A stretch of 64,000 bases of DNA from Desulfatiglandales bacterium (GTDB taxonomy: Bacteria; Desulfobacterota; DSM-4660; Desulfatiglandales; Desulfatiglandaceae): contig OY759599.1 in assembly GCA_963662465.1 (NCBI GenBank), positions 2,272,001 through 2,336,000 of the forward strand, read 5' to 3'. Of this stretch, positions 48,958 to 58,911 are shown piece by piece; position 1 is the stretch's first letter, and every line of letters starts with the position of its first letter. The notes beneath the pieces were generated by a model. That model searched no databases. It was not told the origin of the DNA and saw only the letters and a program-made list of their open reading frames with translations. The position numbers and the translations under genes were made by a program.

Positions 48958-51469
48958 CCGGGTTTAGATTCCGTTCCCGGTTAATCGGTACGTGAACAAC
49001 AAAAACCGTTCCTTTTCGGTCACCGCCAAGGGGCAGATCCGGAAACCTGCCTTCGGGGATTGGGCTTTCAAAATAGATGCTTCCGCCGTGTTCTTCCACA
49101 ATGCCCTTCGCGATGGTCAGGCCCAAACCGCTCCCTCCCACCTTTTGGCTCATAATGCTGTCTGCCTGGAAAAATCGGTCAAACACTTTTTCATGCACCG
49201 CAGGCGGAATGCCGTAGCCATTATCGGCCACTGAAAGGACGATGTCATCTCCTTTTTCTTCCGCGCCAATCAATATTTTGCCGCTTTCGGGCGTATATTT
49301 TACGGCATTGCTCAACAGGTTCACGACCACCTGAATCATCCGCTCTCCATCCACCTGAATATCGGGCAATTTGGATGAATAACGTTCAATGGCCAGATGA
49401 CCATAAGCTTCAATCAGCTGGGAAACTTCACTGACGGCGCTTTTGATAATGTGCTGGATCGATACGCACGCCATATTGAGATCAAACTTTCGGGACTCAA
49501 TTCTTGAAAGATCTAGTAGATTATCCACCAGAACCATGAGCCGGGCAATCCCGTCATTCACAATCTGAAGATCTTCCCGGGTCTCATCGTTGATCTCGCC
49601 GGCGTAACCCTCCAAAATACCGGATACGCCCAGGAGCATGGCATGAATGGGCGTTCTGAACTCGTGGGAAGCGATGGTCACGAATTCAGACTTCATTCTG
49701 TCCACCGCTGAAACAGCACCGGCCATTTCGTTGAACGACCTGGCCAGTTGCCCGATCTCATCCGTTGATTTGACCTCAATTTGCTGATCCAGATCTCCCC
49801 TGCTGATGGCCATGGCGCCCTCGGTTAACCGCTTCAGAGGTCGGGTGATATTGAGACCCAGGAAAATGGCGGCACAGATGACGGCCAAAGCCGCGGTGAC
49901 GGCGATAATCGTAATCAGGCGGCGATTTCTGTCGGCGCTGTCTTCAATGAGCGCCTTGGCCCTGTCATTGGCGCTTCTGATATCCTCTTCCTGCCGGGAA
50001 ATACTGTTTTCAATGCCTTCCCGGGTCTTGTTGGCGGCCTTATGAAAATCATCCACATTGGCCCCGATGGTAACATAGCCAAAACCCCTTTTGGAAGCAC
50101 CATAGGCCCCAGTATAGTAAGGCACCGCCGCATAGGTGGTCAATTTCCACAATCCGCTCCAAAGGATCAAAAATGATCCGGCCCCCCCATCTTCCGTTCC
50201 CCGGTGCCATCCCTCACACTGGGGGGCCGTATCGAGTATGCGGCAATCCAGTGCGATTTCGCCGGACTTCAATTGATCCTTCGAACCCCCTTTTTTTTGG
50301 GTGAACTCCCTGAAAGACGGCAACTGTTTCAGAAAATCCTTCAAACTCAAACCGCTGGTCTTGTATTCATCATAAGTATCCTGACTGATCCATCCGGGGA
50401 CCTCTTCTCCCGTTTCAGGATCGTATCCGCAAATAAAAAAATCCCGAGCGTGTGAAATACATTGGTCCTGATCGTCCCAGAGAAAGGCGTAATTGCCTGA
50501 ACCGCCATCTGACAATTCGGAAAACCGTTCTTCGGTAGGAACAATGTGGTCCGTAAACTCCATGACATGCATATGGTCCAGTGCCATGGTTAAATAACCG
50601 GTTTTCTTTCCATTTTCAAAAACAGGCGTGGCCCACCGAATAATCCCCTCAAACTTATCCCCACCGGGATTCTCCCATCCGGCATGGGCACTTCCCGGCT
50701 TTACCCTGACGCCTTCCGAACTTTTGTAGAGCCACCCCTTCCGGTAGGCCCCGATAACCCGCGAAACATAAATTTCACCCTGTTTCAGGGTCGAGAGATG
50801 AAGAAAATAGTCTTCAGCTTTACAGAAGGTGTTTTCTCTTTGGCTCACATCTTTCAACTCATTGGAAAGATGACCGTTTATGACTTTTATTGTTTCATTT
50901 CCCGACAGATCAACAAAGGTAATTTCCCTGTAAATGGGTTTCGATATTCGCTTAAAATCATCCGGGGACCTGTGGTGCCAGCTGACCCTGTTGGCGGGGT
51001 TGGACCAGAGCAATCCAATGGAATCCCCGGACACCGTCTCACGAGGCAGGTTACGGGGAACAATCACATCCTTGACGCTCGAAAGATAAACCAAACGATA
51101 TTTTTCGGGATCGGGTTTGAAAGCGGCCAGCACAAGGATATCGTTGTCTCTTTCATAGAGAAAATCCGCGATCCTGATGGCCAGTTCCAGGGTCCTTAAT
51201 TCAATGGCCTCCCTGGATTTGTCATCCAGGGCATGCACGCTGTCTTCGATGGCCACTTCCCCGATTTCCCGGGCCGCCTTCAAATTCTTCTCGCCCATCC
51301 CCGTGGCAATAACTGTAGACTCCAAACCGGTTTGGGCCATATTTTTGTTCGCCATGTACCCCAGAATAATTAGAGGGCTTATGGAGAGAACCAGAAAAAA
51401 CAGAAGAAGTTTTGGAAAAATTCCCAGGAACGGGATTTTTGCCTTTACCATTTTCTTTGTCTTCTTCAT
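48935..51469 (-). CDS. Membrane HAMP histidine kinase with large extracytoplasmic sensor domain
   Basis: TM, ~500-aa sensor, TM, HAMP (DEIGQLA.SFN.M), ASHEFRTP, NLLSNAVKY and GSGLGL; start set at MKKTKK. Confidence 0.92.
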   Translation of the reverse strand: MKKTKKMVKAKIPFLGIFPKLLLFFLVLSISPLIILGYMANKNMAQTGLESTVIATGMGEKNLKAAREIGEVAIEDSVHALDDKSREAIELRTLELAIRIADFLYERDNDILVLAAFKPDPEKYRLVYLSSVKDVIVPRNLPRETVSGDSIGLLWSNPANRVSWHHRSPDDFKRISKPIYREITFVDLSGNETIKVINGHLSNELKDVSQRENTFCKAEDYFLHLSTLKQGEIYVSRVIGAYRKGWLYKSSEGVRVKPGSAHAGWENPGGDKFEGIIRWATPVFENGKKTGYLTMALDHMHVMEFTDHIVPTEERFSELSDGGSGNYAFLWDDQDQCISHARDFFICGYDPETGEEVPGWISQDTYDEYKTSGLSLKDFLKQLPSFREFTQKKGGSKDQLKSGEIALDCRILDTAPQCEGWHRGTEDGGAGSFLILWSGLWKLTTYAAVPYYTGAYGASKRGFGYVTIGANVDDFHKAANKTREGIENSISRQEEDIRSANDRAKALIEDSADRNRRLITIIAVTAALAVICAAIFLGLNITRPLKRLTEGAMAISRGDLDQQIEVKSTDEIGQLARSFNEMAGAVSAVDRMKSEFVTIASHEFRTPIHAMLLGVSGILEGYAGEINDETREDLQIVNDGIARLMVLVDNLLDLSRIESRKFDLNMACVSIQHIIKSAVSEVSQLIEAYGHLAIERYSSKLPDIQVDGERMIQVVVNLLSNAVKYTPESGKILIGAEEKGDDIVLSVADNGYGIPPAVHEKVFDRFFQADSIMSQKVGGSGLGLTIAKGIVEEHGGSIYFESPIPEGRFPDLPLGGDRKGTVFVVHVPINRERNLNPENLKLKI

Positions 51470-54015
51470 ATCAGAATTTTTTCTAATTTTTCCGAGAGTT
51501 GTTTCATATTGAATGGCTTTTGGATAAACGCATCGCAACCACGGTTCATGATGTCGCCGGCATGACCATTCATGGTATATCCGCTTGCCAGGATGACCTT
51601 AACGCCTGGATTAATGGCTTTCAACCGGTCGAACGTATCCCCGCCGCTCATATCCGGCATGATCATATCCAGTATCACAGCATCAATCCGATCTTTTTTC
51701 CTTTCGTACAATCGGATCGCTTCTTTCCCCCCTTTGGCCGTAAAAACCTGGTAGCCAAGCGCCTTCAAAAGCGCTTCCGCCGTTTCAATGATCATCGGTT
51801 CATCATCCACAAGCAGCAGGGTCTCGGCGCCACGCCTGATATCCTTATGACCCCCTGGTTTCGGGGCAACAACATCCGATTCCGATGCGGGCAGATAAAT
51901 GGTAAACGTGGCGCCTTCGCCTTTTTCGCTGTATACATTGATAAAACCGCCATGATTCTTGATGATGCCGTAAACGGACGCCAACCCCAGACCCGTTCCT
52001 CTACCCATCTCCTTGGTTGTGAAAAACGGATCAAAAATTCTCATTTGAGTCGTCTTATCCATTCCAATGCCCGTGTCCGTAATGGATATCTTAACGTATT
52101 TGCCCGGAACAACCGAAAACGGTTTAAGGTATTCTTCATCAAGGACCACATTGTCGGTTTCAAGAAACAGGGTCCCCCCCCCGGGCATGGCCTGCCAGGC
52201 ATTGATGAAAAGATTCATCAAAACCTGATTGATCTGGCCCCGATCCACGTCCACAGTCCATATATCGGCGTGGTATTTGGGACGGATTGTGATCTCCTTG
52301 CGGGTCCTTCCAAACATCTTGGCGGTTTTTCCCACCAGGTCGTTAATGTCGGAAGGCTTCACCTCATATTTTCCTCCCCGGGCGAAACCCAACAATTGCC
52401 GCGTCAGGGTCACGGCATTCTGAATATAATCCTCGATGCCCTTAAGGTGTTCAAAATCAGGATAGGACGCGTCTTTATCCATTAGCATCAGGGAAACGCG
52501 GCCCTGAATGCCCATGAGCAGATTGTTAAAATCGTGGGCGATTCCACCGGCCAGGGTTCCCATGGATTCCATTTTCCGAGCCTGTTGGAGCTGCTTTTCA
52601 AGCCTGGCCTTTTCAGCCACGGTTCGCTTCATCCGGGTTATATCCTTGACCACCGCCACCAGACAATCCTCATTTGCGTATCCTAAATGCCGTGCCGCCA
52701 GAAGCGTATCTCTGATGATCCCGCCCTTCGAACGATATTGGATTTCAAAACCCTTCACCTCCCCTTCCTCTGCCAGTTTTCGCTCAAAAGCATCCCTGTC
52801 CTCTAATCTGATAATCAGATTCAGATCAGAAGGCGTCTTGCCGATCACCTCATCTCTTGCATAACCACTCATCTCGATGAATCCGTCGTTTACCTCAATA
52901 AACCGACCGTCTTTCCTTCGGGTGATGGTAATGGCATCGGGAGAACTCTGAAATGTCGTTCGATATTTCTCTTCACTCTCACGGAGGGCCTCTTCCGCTC
53001 GTTTCTTTTCCGTGACGTCCTCTATCGCCACAACCGACCCGGCGGAAGGATCCAACGGAGCAATATGTGCGGCCCTCAACACGATGTCGCGAACAGACCC
53101 ATCCTTACGAATATGACGCGTTTCAGCATAGGCGACCCCCTTATGGCGCAAATGGGTATAAAGTTCGACACCGATACGAGTATTTTCATCTTCATTTTCA
53201 TAGAGCATACGGGGCGTCTCACCCAGCAGATCATCTTCACCATAACCCACAATCTTGCAAAAAGATTCATTAACATCAACAAACTTGCGATCTTTAACAA
53301 TAGAAAGTCCCACCGGCGTCGCCCGGAAGGTACTCTTCAACATTGATTCACTCTCCTTCAACGCCTGATCGGAGCAATGGTGTTCTTCAATCTCTCGTTT
53401 AAGTAATGCCGTAACATCCTTTTGTCTGCGTGTGGTACGTTCAAGCCCTCTGAGCATTACGGCGACGGAAATCGCAGCGGCAATGTTCAGCATGATGAAA
53501 TTGGCAAGTGCGGCAAAAGCCCTTTCCGGACTGCTGAAAAATTGAAACCGGCCTCCGAAAACGCCATTGTTAATGGCATACCAGAACGCACTTAACGTTA
53601 CAACGTTAACAAAGATGGCAACACATGCCGTTCTAAAACCCAGCAGCAAACCTGCCAGAACCGAGAACGCAAATAGCCAGGCGGGAGTACCGCTGACGAT
53701 CCCAACATTTGTCAAAATGCTCAGGCTGACGGCATAAATAATCAACAACGTGCCGCCCGCCCGGAATCTATAGCTCAATTTACAGCTGAACAGAAGATAC
53801 AACAAAACCGCATATACGAAAAGATTAGCACCTGCCAACAACCACAGATTTTCCTTAACAATCAAAACGGTTGCGGGCAGAACCGCAACGGGAGAGAACA
53901 CAGCGCCGCAGGCCAGCATGGCAAACAGAATTCGCTCACGCCAGTAGGCCATGGCATCGTCTTCCTCATTCAAGGAAAGCCATAATTTCTCTTTTAAAAA
54001 CTTTTTCAAAACCAT
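51466..54015 (-). CDS. Membrane-bound 2xPAS hybrid histidine kinase / receiver
   Basis: N-terminal TM bundle, two PAS domains, AHDFNNLL, HATPase and receiver. Confidence 0.93.
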   Translation of the reverse strand: MVLKKFLKEKLWLSLNEEDDAMAYWRERILFAMLACGAVFSPVAVLPATVLIVKENLWLLAGANLFVYAVLLYLLFSCKLSYRFRAGGTLLIIYAVSLSILTNVGIVSGTPAWLFAFSVLAGLLLGFRTACVAIFVNVVTLSAFWYAINNGVFGGRFQFFSSPERAFAALANFIMLNIAAAISVAVMLRGLERTTRRQKDVTALLKREIEEHHCSDQALKESESMLKSTFRATPVGLSIVKDRKFVDVNESFCKIVGYGEDDLLGETPRMLYENEDENTRIGVELYTHLRHKGVAYAETRHIRKDGSVRDIVLRAAHIAPLDPSAGSVVAIEDVTEKKRAEEALRESEEKYRTTFQSSPDAITITRRKDGRFIEVNDGFIEMSGYARDEVIGKTPSDLNLIIRLEDRDAFERKLAEEGEVKGFEIQYRSKGGIIRDTLLAARHLGYANEDCLVAVVKDITRMKRTVAEKARLEKQLQQARKMESMGTLAGGIAHDFNNLLMGIQGRVSLMLMDKDASYPDFEHLKGIEDYIQNAVTLTRQLLGFARGGKYEVKPSDINDLVGKTAKMFGRTRKEITIRPKYHADIWTVDVDRGQINQVLMNLFINAWQAMPGGGTLFLETDNVVLDEEYLKPFSVVPGKYVKISITDTGIGMDKTTQMRIFDPFFTTKEMGRGTGLGLASVYGIIKNHGGFINVYSEKGEGATFTIYLPASESDVVAPKPGGHKDIRRGAETLLLVDDEPMIIETAEALLKALGYQVFTAKGGKEAIRLYERKKDRIDAVILDMIMPDMSGGDTFDRLKAINPGVKVILASGYTMNGHAGDIMNRGCDAFIQKPFNMKQLSEKLEKILI

Positions 54016-54257
54016 GAAAAAACACCATTTTGTCCAATAGGGAAATTTGGTTGTACAGGAGGAGACTGTTGATCAGCAGATTCTCCAGGGCGATGCCTTG
54101 AGCCTCAGCCGACTGAAGCACCAACGGTGTGCTTTCAAAAAAAAAAGGAGCGTCAATCGACTGCCCAAGTCATAGACTGAAGTAAGTTGTAAAACCTGAT
54201 TTGCGGTTTGTTGCTGTAATCGGAAGGCGAAATCCCGCTCTGTTTCAAGGGCCGAGA

Positions 54258-54605
54258 TCAAAAAGTGATCACGTCATAGCCCTCTTCAATATATTTGCTC
54301 ATACCGGGATGACCGGACACATCACCCAAAAGCGTCAACCCCTCAGCCACCACGGCATCCATCACCCCCATTTTATTAGAGCATGCCTTGCAAACTCCTT
54401 CAATGAGTCCCATATCACGAGTTTTTTGAAACAGTTTGAACATGGGGTTGTCCGCTTTACTCAACTCAGGCGCCAGTTTGGTGGCGGCGCCTTCGATGAC
54501 AATCTTGACGTCATACCCCCTCTCCGCCATGTCAAGGGCGTTGAGAAGCACGTGGACAAAACACATCATCTCCCCATTGAAAGCAAACAGCACTACTTTT
54601 TTCAT
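54258..54605 (-). CDS. DsrE-like protein
   Basis: FAFNGE.MCF.HVLLNALDM, EGAA, VCKACS and GHP......GY.VITF. Confidence 0.75.
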   Translation of the reverse strand: MKKVVLFAFNGEMMCFVHVLLNALDMAERGYDVKIVIEGAATKLAPELSKADNPMFKLFQKTRDMGLIEGVCKACSNKMGVMDAVVAEGLTLLGDVSGHPGMSKYIEEGYDVITF

Positions 54606-55585
54606 TGAGAACCTCCGTGACCCTCTCTTGAAACAAAATCCCTGACCCGCTCCTCCACCTCATCCCGAATATTCCGCATAAAATCCAATGATTTTCCTGA
54701 AGGATCCGGCAAATCCCATTGTGCCGCGGCGGCGCCTGGAAAACTAGGGCACACCTCTTCGCAACCCATGGACACGACCACGTCCGGCTGCAGGCCGGCG
54801 GGCAAATCCGATACGGCACAGGGCTTCAGGTAAGCCATGTCAATCCCCTTTTCCGCCATCACCGTCTCCATCATGGGATTGATTTCCCCGGCAGGATTAC
54901 TCCCCGCACTTTCAACTTCAAACCGATCTCCGGCCATTTGACGGGCAAAGGCCGCCGCTATCTGACTTCGGCAGGCATTTTCCCTGCAAACAAAAAGAAC
55001 CTTCTTACGGTTCAAAAGAGGCGTCACCAATTCCCGGGCCTTGCCCACAGCCTCTGCCAGGGCCGTAGGATGCGCTTTGATATCGCCCGCTTTTTCCAAC
55101 TGTCGATACCCAAGGGTTCCCTCAAAGCTCGCGCCTACGGCATCAAAAAAATATCTGGCCGTCAGATTGGTGCCGTCAAAAAGATTCTTCCCCTTGGTGG
55201 CGCCCACGGCCAATAGAAACCCCTGCCGCCACTTTCGGCCCGGATCCTCCAGTCCCAGCGAATACTTTCTCGACCACAGAGCCTGGGACCGATCAATAAA
55301 CGCTTTCATCTGTGCCGTCGGCCCATAAAAAAAGATGGGCGTGGCCAACACCACCAGATCCGCCTTTCGCAAAAGTGGATAAACGCCCTGCATATCATCA
55401 TCCAGGGGACAGTACCCCTTTTTCTCACAAGTGCCGCATTCCACACATGGCATAACTTTCATCTTGGCGACATCAAGAGAGCTAACGCGCCCTCCCAGTC
55501 TTTCCACCTCATCCAGAAACGCCGACAAAAGGATGCTGGTATTTCCCTTGGCGCGTGGGCTACCCTGTAAACCGAGGACAAACAT
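54602..55585 (-). CDS. Fusion: iron-sulfur flavoprotein (flavodoxin-like) plus ArsC/LMW-PTPase domain
   Basis: GSPR..GNT, C..C..C.....C...DDM and ATPIFF, followed by VLFVCRENACRSQIA, SAGS.P, MGC...CP and WDLPDP. Confidence 0.85.
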   Translation of the reverse strand: MFVLGLQGSPRAKGNTSILLSAFLDEVERLGGRVSSLDVAKMKVMPCVECGTCEKKGYCPLDDDMQGVYPLLRKADLVVLATPIFFYGPTAQMKAFIDRSQALWSRKYSLGLEDPGRKWRQGFLLAVGATKGKNLFDGTNLTARYFFDAVGASFEGTLGYRQLEKAGDIKAHPTALAEAVGKARELVTPLLNRKKVLFVCRENACRSQIAAAFARQMAGDRFEVESAGSNPAGEINPMMETVMAEKGIDMAYLKPCAVSDLPAGLQPDVVVSMGCEEVCPSFPGAAAAQWDLPDPSGKSLDFMRNIRDEVEERVRDFVSREGHGGSQ

Positions 55586-55626
55586 ATCAAGGTTCCTTTC
55601 CGGGCTAATGGTTCACTTTTCGCGTC

Positions 55627-55953
55627 TCAAAAAGAAGGGGGCCTACTCTCGGGAACATATCCGTGTTCAATTTTCCCCTCATTCCATTCCTTTGAAACAT
55701 ACAGGTTGCAATAGCAACTTCCATACTTTTTGACATCCGCTTCCCGGTAACGGCAGGGACAAATGATATCTTGATCCTTTTCCCGATCGCCGGAAGCCAG
55801 CCTGCAGGGACAGCACATGTAGCCGTAGCGGTTTTTATTATCAAGGAGTCCTTCAATCAAATCAAAAACCATTGCCTTGTTATGGCTGAAGTAAAACCCT
55901 TTCGGCTCCTGAGCCTTTTTTAAAAATGCATGGAGTTTTTCAACGTCATTCAT
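55627..55953 (-). CDS. Ferredoxin:thioredoxin reductase catalytic subunit
   Basis: CPCR, ICPC and CYC.LYV motifs. Confidence 0.9.
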   Translation of the reverse strand: MNDVEKLHAFLKKAQEPKGFYFSHNKAMVFDLIEGLLDNKNRYGYMCCPCRLASGDREKDQDIICPCRYREADVKKYGSCYCNLYVSKEWNEGKIEHGYVPESRPPSF

Positions 55954-56201
55954 AACCCCAGGGCCTCCCTGATTTCATCTTCTTTATATCCGACAATAAC
56001 CTTGTCGCCGATAATGATGGTGGGAAACGAACAATTGGGATTCCATTTCTTAACATCTTCCAGTATGGCTTCCCTTTCATCACCGTGAAACAGGTCCACA
56101 TCTGTGAAATCATATTTTACCTGACATTCGTTCAACAGCTTTTTGGTTGCCTTGCAATGACCGCAAGTACTCAGCGTATAAACTTTTACCGAATCAGCCA
56201 T
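55950..56201 (-). CDS. Glutaredoxin/NrdH-like redoxin
   Basis: YTLSTCGHC and NP..SFPT motifs; own GAGGAG RBS. The frame stays open upstream to 56429 through a Cys-rich segment. Confidence 0.88.
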   Translation of the reverse strand: MADSVKVYTLSTCGHCKATKKLLNECQVKYDFTDVDLFHGDEREAILEDVKKWNPNCSFPTIIIGDKVIVGYKEDEIREALGL

Positions 56202-56441
56202 TCCGACCCTCTCCTCCTCGTTTCGTCTTTCCTTTTGCCATGCCAGATATTCTCCGTGGGTAAATGCCGCCCCTAACCCGGAAGACAAACCCCGATGTTC
56301 GCTTTTTCTGCAGACACGGCATCTGGTCTCGCCGCACATCTGACATTGCAAGCAATCGGGGCATCTTTTTTTATCCTGTAAACACTCATGAATCACGCGG
56401 GCATTCACCCCCCCAACATGAAAATACATCTACCGCTTTTA

Positions 56442-56476
56442 AGCTAATAGCTAATAGCTAACAGCTAACGGCTAAT
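56442..56476. repeat. Heptamer tandem repeat (AGCTAAY)x5
   Basis: agctaat agctaat agctaac agctaac ggctaat, overlapping a stop codon. Confidence 0.85.
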
Positions 56477-56933
56477 CCCCTTGCTCCGCCATATAATCGT
56501 CATACAGGGTTTCAAGGGCAAGCTTATGTTTGGCTTCTTCCTGGCACAGCATCTTGAAAACATTTTTAAGGTCTTCGTTGTCCGCTTTTACCAACAGCTC
56601 ATTATACAGTGCCAGGGATTTTTCTTCCCGCTTCATGGCTAATCTGAGAAGATCCGCATAATCCATATCTTTTGGATCATCCATATCCACAAGATAGTCG
56701 CTCCGCTTTAAATCGGGGATCCATGTAAATTTATATTGCGCCAGGTCCTTTTTCTCTTTTCCCAAGTTATCCAGCAAGTCAAAATGTTTCTGTTCTTCCC
56801 CGGCAAACCCTTCCAAGGTTTCCCTGGCGCCGGAAAAAATAGCATTTTTTGCCAAATCAGAATAAAAATCAACAGCTTCTTTCTCTTTATCCTTGGCAAA
56901 CTGAATAATTTCCTCAAATGACGTAAAAGACAT
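56472..56933 (-). CDS. Ferritin-like / rubrerythrin-family diiron protein
   Basis: A...E..A..FY...EE.KH pattern present twice. Confidence 0.88.
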   Translation of the reverse strand: MSFTSFEEIIQFAKDKEKEAVDFYSDLAKNAIFSGARETLEGFAGEEQKHFDLLDNLGKEKKDLAQYKFTWIPDLKRSDYLVDMDDPKDMDYADLLRLAMKREEKSLALYNELLVKADNEDLKNVFKMLCQEEAKHKLALETLYDDYMAEQGD

Positions 56934-56962
56934 GCGTTTTCTCCAATTCCAAAAGATTAGGT

Positions 56963-57415
56963 TTAATTCAAAAGAGAATTCAAATGCGTTTCGATATCCC
57001 TTTTCGGGAGAGCGCCCACCAAGCTGTTAACAAGGTCTCCATTTTTGAATAGAAGCATGGTTGGAATGCTTCTGGTCGAATACCTGGAAGCGGTTTGTGG
57101 GTTTTCATCCACGTTCAGCTTGGCAATTTTAACTCGGCCCGCATATTCAGAGGCCAATTGTTCCATGACAGGCCCCACCGTACGACAGGGCCCACACCAT
57201 GGCGCCCAGCAATCCACCAGAACAGGGCCGGAAAAAGAGAGGACTTCAGCATGAAATGTCATGTCTGTAACGTCCACCGGCTTGTCGGTGACAATTCCCG
57301 TCGACAAAGGCGACTTGCATTTTCCGCATACCGGACTTTCCCTTAATCGACTTTTGGGAATCCGATTTTTGGCGCCGCATTGACGACATTTCACAATGAT
57401 GCTTTCTCCGCTCAT
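56963..57415 (-). CDS. trxC: Thioredoxin 2 type (N-terminal Zn finger)
   Basis: C..CG..NRIP...P.CG.C followed by WAPWCGPC and SIPT; start at MSGESII with GGAGG RBS. Confidence 0.85.
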   Translation of the reverse strand: MSGESIIVKCRQCGAKNRIPKSRLRESPVCGKCKSPLSTGIVTDKPVDVTDMTFHAEVLSFSGPVLVDCWAPWCGPCRTVGPVMEQLASEYAGRVKIAKLNVDENPQTASRYSTRSIPTMLLFKNGDLVNSLVGALPKRDIETHLNSLLN

Positions 57416-57438
57416 TTTTCCTCCCTGTTCGCTCTTAC

Positions 57439-57597
57439 CTATTCCAGCTCGAACTGATCTTTTTCCGCACCGCAAACCGGGCAGGTCCAATCGCCGGGAA
57501 CATCAGCAAATGCAGTCCCGGCAGCCACGCCGTTATCGGGATCGCCTTCTTCAGGGTCATAAACATATCCACATACGGAACAAACATATTTCTCCAT
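57439..57597 (-). CDS. Rubredoxin (52 aa, below the ORF-track size cutoff)
   Basis: Manual translation [52 protein letters not shown]. Confidence 0.95.
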   Translation of the reverse strand: MEKYVCSVCGYVYDPEEGDPDNGVAAGTAFADVPGDWTCPVCGAEKDQFELE

Positions 57598-57639
57598 CAA
57601 TTCTTCTCCTTATTATTTCCCATCGAGATTACATCTTAG

Positions 57640-58071
57640 TTAGAGCTTTTTGGCAACATCCTTGCCATAGCCCTGCGCCATTTCGGTTCCACCGCCCAAT
57701 AAAGCGGATTTAAGCATCAAAGGACCATTCACCATATCCATTTTGAAGATATTTTTCATAGTGTCAAAGATCCTTCCCGGGGCTTCCCCACTCCATCCAA
57801 AAGCGCCGAAAGAACCCCCTACTTTGCCTTCAAGACCGGTTTTTTCCGCTAGAAACAGCATGGTTTTCATACCCTGCATCATTTCACCGTGATAGGTTGC
57901 GGACCCGAAAACGTAGGCGTCATAGCCTTCCAAATCTTCAACCTTCTTCACCCCTGTAATATTGACGACGGATGCTTCCGAACCTTGAATTCGAATCCCT
58001 TCCGCGATCAATTCGGCAATTTTTTTTGTCTCGCCGGACCTGGTGGCATAAACAACAAGTGCTTTTCCCAT
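57640..58071 (-). CDS. Flavodoxin (FprA C-terminal-like)
   Basis: VYATRSGET..IA, GSATY and FGAFGWSGEA motifs. Confidence 0.9.
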   Translation of the reverse strand: MGKALVVYATRSGETKKIAELIAEGIRIQGSEASVVNITGVKKVEDLEGYDAYVFGSATYHGEMMQGMKTMLFLAEKTGLEGKVGGSFGAFGWSGEAPGRIFDTMKNIFKMDMVNGPLMLKSALLGGGTEMAQGYGKDVAKKL

Positions 58072-58169
58072 GAACAACCTCCTGTTTTATTCTTCTTCAA
58101 CCACGACTTTACCTTTGTGCTTCGTCCCACAAAGGGGACACAGGATATCAATTTCATTCTCAATGAGTT

Positions 58170-58322
58170 TTAAAGTCTCGGATCCTGACCGGTATTGCCG
58201 CAATCGGGAATATAGCACGTCGTATCGACAAATTCACATTTTTTGTCGCAGGACGGACATTTTTCCGGTGGCGTATCTGCTTTCACGGTATATCCACATT
58301 CCTTGCATTTCCAATCTCCCAT
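58170..58322 (-). CDS. Small rubredoxin-like protein
   Basis: MGDWKCKECGY....TPPEKCPSC..KCEF.D.TCY.PDCG. Confidence 0.8.
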   Translation of the reverse strand: MGDWKCKECGYTVKADTPPEKCPSCDKKCEFVDTTCYIPDCGNTGQDPRL

Positions 58323-58401
58323 TGTAACACCCCCTTTTCCTTGATTTTTCAATTCAAATTGATTTTCCAAACAACCCAAAGCACCTTGATCTTCTTTAAC
58401 G

Positions 58402-58911
58402 CTACCCGCCCCATGGCATTTTAGAATAGGTATCGGTCAGTTTATCACGGAATTCCTTGAAAAATTTCTCATGGGACTTTTCCCAGGAAGCCAGCATCTT
58501 CAAGGCCTTTGAAGGCGGACCCTCAACTTTTTCCGCCATTTTTTCATAGAACTCACTCAAATCCTTTTCAATCAACCAGGCCGTATTAAAAACGGTCACA
58601 TCGGGAATCATGGATTCATAAAGACATCTTTCCAAAAATTCCGATCGGCTTCGATCGTCAAAATAATTGGTCGGTTTCAAGACCTCTTTTTCCAGAGACG
58701 GCAGGTCCACATCCTGATCTAATCTTAATTTTTCCAGGATCGCTTCAATAAATACAATATGCCGCTTCTCCTCTTCAACAATCCGTTTGAACGCCGTTAC
58801 CGCGGCGCCGATATTCATCCGTTCCAGAGATGTCTCAAAAAAATTCATGCCGGTCTTTTCCTGAGCCAGTGCATACTCAAAAATTTTAATGAGATTTTGA
58901 TTACTATCCAT
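58402..58911 (-). CDS. Ferritin-like / rubrerythrin-family protein
   Basis: A..QE..G..FF, EE.RH, E.D...FY and WE..H motifs. Confidence 0.87.
   Translation of the reverse strand: MDSNQNLIKIFEYALAQEKTGMNFFETSLERMNIGAAVTAFKRIVEEEKRHIVFIEAILEKLRLDQDVDLPSLEKEVLKPTNYFDDRSRSEFLERCLYESMIPDVTVFNTAWLIEKDLSEFYEKMAEKVEGPPSKALKMLASWEKSHEKFFKEFRDKLTDTYSKMPWGG

Noticed and set aside
51499..52485. 328-aa plus-strand ORF
   Set aside because: Antisense shadow of the hybrid histidine kinase.
56963..57490. Extended thioredoxin start at 57490
   Set aside because: Overlaps the rubredoxin gene; ATG at 57415 has a proper RBS.
58087..58180. Short minus-strand frame ETLKLIENEIDILCPLCGTKHKGKVVVEEE as a frameshift extension of the rubredoxin-like gene
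   Set aside because: No in-frame canonical slippery site or convincing start; cannot be supported.
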